DNA of 64,000 nucleotides from Escherichia coli (GTDB lineage Bacteria; Pseudomonadota; Gammaproteobacteria; Enterobacterales; Enterobacteriaceae): NCBI RefSeq assembly GCF_045037415.1, contig NZ_CP173438.1; one strand, 5' to 3'. Shown piece by piece: positions 60,954 to 64,000 of this stretch (position 1 is its first letter; each line of letters starts with the position of its first letter). The notes under the pieces were generated by a model. It saw only the letters and a program-made list of their open reading frames with translations, ran no database searches and was not told where the DNA came from. The position numbers and the translations under genes were made by a program.

Positions 60954-63008
60954 TTACGGTTTTCTCGCCACCGGCACATCCAGATTTTTCAGTATTTCGA
61001 CAAAAGGAGAGGGATTCTCTTTGTTAAACAGTGCCCATACCCGATGGCGTGCCCGGGTCAGCGCCACGTACATTAACCGCCGTTCTTCAGCGTCCGGGAA
61101 ATCCTCAACCGGTGGCAGTAGCGCCTCTTCCATAATCGACTCCCGCGCCGCAGCCGGAAAACCATCACTCCCCTCCTGCAAGCCAACGATGATGACGTAA
61201 TCCGCCTGTTGCCCTTTGCTGGCATGAATGGTCATAAAGTCGATTTGCAACTTCGGCCAGCGTGTTGCCGCTTTTTCCAGGCTGGCAGGCCTCATGTGAT
61301 GGTAACGCGCCAGGATCAGAATGCGCTCTTCCGGTTTGGCATAACCAGAGAGCTTATCCAGCAAAGCGTCAAGTTGCCCCTCATCCAATAATGTGACGGC
61401 TTTTTTGTCTCCATTGGTTAAGCTGTTTAGCGGCTTTTTAAGCTGGCCTGGGTTCTGCTGAATAAACCTGTTTGCCACCTCACCGATACGACTGTTAAAA
61501 CGGTAGGTCGTGTCTAAATCACAGCGATCACCTTCACCAAAGTTTTCATGGAAAGCCGTGGTGAGCGACATTTGCGCCCCGCTGAATCGGTAAATCGCCT
61601 GCCAGTCATCACCAACAGCGAACAACGTCGTTTGACTATTTTGCTTGCGTAATGCCGCTAACAACGCTGCACGCTGCGGCGAGATATCCTGAAATTCATC
61701 AACCAGAATATGCTTCCACGGGCTGATAAAGCGACCTTTCTCCAGAATCACAATCGCCTGGTGAATAAGGCCCGAAAAATCGACAGCGTTTTCTGCCTTC
61801 AGCGCACCTTTCCAGGCTTTTAATAACGGGGCCATCAACTTGATACGTTTACTGAACAGATCGCGAATCTCTTCGGGTGCACTGGCAATCATTTCTGCCT
61901 GTGCACCACCGTGCATCCGCATCAGACTTACCCAGCGATCGAGGCGAGAGGCAAGACGACGCTGTAATTTTTCATCATCCCAGAAATTACCTTCTGGCAC
62001 TGACCACTGCATTTCTTCCGTCAGCCATTGCCGCCAGCCCTTCGCCTGCGCTTTCTTTTCGCTGCATTGCTTGCGCCACTCAGCAATAAAAAGTTCATGA
62101 CGGGCAGCGGTATCATTTTCCAGTTTGCTGACTATCGGAACTTTTTTGCTGCCCTGCTGAATAATATGCAGCGCCAGCGCATGAAATGTGCGTGCGGTAA
62201 TGTCTTCGGTATGTAGTCGTTCTCGAATACGCTCGTCCATCTCTTCAGCGGCTTTGCGACCAAACGCCAGCAATAAAATTTGCTCAGGGGACGCTTCACC
62301 ACGCGCCAGCAACCAGCCTGCACGGGCCACCAGCACCGACGTTTTTCCGCTTCCTGCACCAGCCAGCACTAACAAAGAATGCTCGCCATTAACGACTGCC
62401 CGGGCCTGCGCCGGATTCAGCGGTGAAGACTCGACCTGGCGGAAAAAATCCGCATACTCGGTAAGCATGGCTTCGGTATACGCCTGATTATGCTGCAACC
62501 GAGCGCCTTCAATGTCTTTCAACCAGGCCTGACATTTACGCCACGCCTCACGGCAGTTATCGAATTCTTCCAGTCGGTTAACCGGCAATGGTAACGCCGA
62601 CAAAGCCTGGCGGATTTGTTGCTGCATACCAGAGGTTTGCTCACGCGTCAGCCATTTATTTTCTCCGGTGCGCGTGGCAATCAAATCCAGTTGCTGACGT
62701 AAAACGCCAGACGCAATTTCGCTCATCTCGCCACTCCACCGCCGCCAGTGAGCATCAAGATGATGGTAAAAACGCTGCGTCTCGCCCCATTCGGTGCCGT
62801 GCAGACGCACCACTTTTTCGTCCGGCAGTACAAACTCCAGTTCGCCCCATACCAGACCGCGCTTACAGTGAATCGCCAGTAATTGATTGAAAGGAATAAG
62901 GTATTCGTGGCGATCGCCGGAGACTTTAATCCCGGCATTGAGGATCACCGCCCGATCGTAAGGGTGCTGTGCCAGACGTTTTCCAAGCGTTGTCGCTTTC
63001 AGTTCCAT
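60954..63008 (-). CDS. helD: DNA helicase IV HelD
   Basis: ORF 60954..63101; start set at ATG 63006-63008 (MELKATTLGKRLAQHPYDRAV…), 684 aa; Walker A GAGSGKTS. Confidence 0.9.
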   Translation of the reverse strand: MELKATTLGKRLAQHPYDRAVILNAGIKVSGDRHEYLIPFNQLLAIHCKRGLVWGELEFVLPDEKVVRLHGTEWGETQRFYHHLDAHWRRWSGEMSEIASGVLRQQLDLIATRTGENKWLTREQTSGMQQQIRQALSALPLPVNRLEEFDNCREAWRKCQAWLKDIEGARLQHNQAYTEAMLTEYADFFRQVESSPLNPAQARAVVNGEHSLLVLAGAGSGKTSVLVARAGWLLARGEASPEQILLLAFGRKAAEEMDERIRERLHTEDITARTFHALALHIIQQGSKKVPIVSKLENDTAARHELFIAEWRKQCSEKKAQAKGWRQWLTEEMQWSVPEGNFWDDEKLQRRLASRLDRWVSLMRMHGGAQAEMIASAPEEIRDLFSKRIKLMAPLLKAWKGALKAENAVDFSGLIHQAIVILEKGRFISPWKHILVDEFQDISPQRAALLAALRKQNSQTTLFAVGDDWQAIYRFSGAQMSLTTAFHENFGEGDRCDLDTTYRFNSRIGEVANRFIQQNPGQLKKPLNSLTNGDKKAVTLLDEGQLDALLDKLSGYAKPEERILILARYHHMRPASLEKAATRWPKLQIDFMTIHASKGQQADYVIIVGLQEGSDGFPAAARESIMEEALLPPVEDFPDAEERRLMYVALTRARHRVWALFNKENPSPFVEILKNLDVPVARKP

Positions 63009-63130
63009 GACTCTGTAGATCCACACGAAATTATTTCTTATCAGTGTAACCGTCAGAGAAAACGTGCTCCAGCCCAAAAAAACGTTACAATTGCCGCCCA
63101 TTACTGAAAACCACAGTAAAGCGAGGTTTT

Positions 63131-63577
63131 ATGCGTACCGTTTTGAACATTCTGAACTTTGTGCTTGGCGGATTTGCCACCACTCTGGGCTGGCTGTTGG
63201 CGACTCTGGTCAGTATTGTGCTGATTTTTACCTTACCACTGACACGATCCTGCTGGGAGATCACTAAACTGTCTCTGGTGCCTTATGGCAATGAAGCTAT
63301 TCATGTCGATGAACTGAACCCGGCTGGCAAAAATGTGCTGCTGAATACTGGCGGTACGGTATTGAATATTTTCTGGCTGATTTTCTTTGGCTGGTGGTTA
63401 TGCCTGATGCACATTGCAACGGGCATCGCACAATGTATTTCCATCATTGGCATTCCTGTCGGTATTGCGAACTTTAAAATTGCCGCTATTGCACTATGGC
63501 CGGTCGGTCGTCGCGTGGTATCGGTAGAAACAGCGCAAGCTGCGCGCGAAGCCAATGCACGTCGTCGTTTTGAATAA
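63131..63577 (+). CDS. yccF: Inner-membrane protein YccF (DUF307)
   Basis: 148-aa ORF MRTVLNILNFVLGGFATTLGW…. Confidence 0.85.
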   Translation: MRTVLNILNFVLGGFATTLGWLLATLVSIVLIFTLPLTRSCWEITKLSLVPYGNEAIHVDELNPAGKNVLLNTGGTVLNIFWLIFFGWWLCLMHIATGIAQCISIIGIPVGIANFKIAAIALWPVGRRVVSVETAQAAREANARRRFE

Positions 63578-63586
63578 TCCACTAAT

Positions 63587-64000
63587 ATGGCCTTTATGCT
63601 AAGTCCTTTGCTCAAACGCTATACCTGGAAAAGCGCCTGGCTGTATTACGCGCGTATTTTTATTGCGCTTTGTGGAACCACAGCGTTTCCGTGGTGGCTG
63701 GGTGATGTAAAACTGACGATTCCGCTGACGCTTGGGATGGTGGCAGCGGCGCTGACCGATCTCGATGACCGACTGGCGGGACGTTTGCGTAACCTCATCA
63801 TTACGCTGTTCTGCTTTTTTATCGCCTCGGCCTCAGTAGAATTGCTGTTTCCCTGGCCCTGGCTATTTGCGATTGGCTTAACGCTCTCTACCAGCGGCTT
63901 CATTTTGCTCGGCGGTCTGGGTCAACGCTATGCAACAATTGCCTTCGGTGCATTGCTGATCGCCATTTACACTATGTTGGGAACATCACTGTATGAGCAC
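63587..64000 (+). CDS. yccS: Inner-membrane protein YccS, 3'-truncated by window edge; start uncertain
   Basis: Open frame from ATG 63587 (MAFMLSPLLKRYTWKSAWLYYARIF…) to window end; alternative ATG at 63596. Confidence 0.75.
   Translation, partial: MAFMLSPLLKRYTWKSAWLYYARIFIALCGTTAFPWWLGDVKLTIPLTLGMVAAALTDLDDRLAGRLRNLIITLFCFFIASASVELLFPWPWLFAIGLTLSTSGFILLGGLGQRYATIAFGALLIAIYTMLGTSLYEH

Overview
This window reads as an ordinary, conserved Enterobacteriaceae (Escherichia coli-type) chromosomal segment, and I found no convincing novel or foreign system in it. It is collinear with, and inverted relative to, the E. coli K-12 map from csgG to yccS. Gene order is csgG(partial)-ycdZ-ycdY-ycdX-ghrA-serX(tRNA-Ser)-dgcT/ycdT-pgaABCD-phoH-efeBOU-putP/putA-rutR/rutABCDEFG-ymdF-wrbA-yccJ-agp-cbpA-cbpM-torDAC/torR/torT/torS-yccM-gnsA-ymcE-cspG-cspH-appA-appX-appB-appC-hyaFEDCBA-serT(tRNA-Ser)-yccA-tusE-yccX-rlmI-hspQ-yccU-yccT-mgsA-helD-yccF-yccS(partial). 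Gene identities come from reading the six-frame translations and recognising the proteins, gene order and textbook regulatory motifs; no database search or alignment was run. I see no IS element, prophage, integrase, CRISPR array, toxin-antitoxin pair or defence cassette, and every ORF of 150 aa or more that is not a recognised gene lies antisense to one. The most notable observations are strain-level differences from K-12 as I recall it: cspH and appA abut tail-to-tail where K-12 carries the gfcABCDE-etp-etk capsule cluster plus IS1; efeU is an intact reading frame; yccE is absent between agp and cbpA; and nothing lies between the serX terminator and ycdT where K-12 has IS3/ymdE/ycdU. All of these rest on memory of the K-12 map and need an alignment to confirm. 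Start codons were chosen by N-terminal recognition where the ORF track begins at an upstream in-frame ATG/GTG/TTG.
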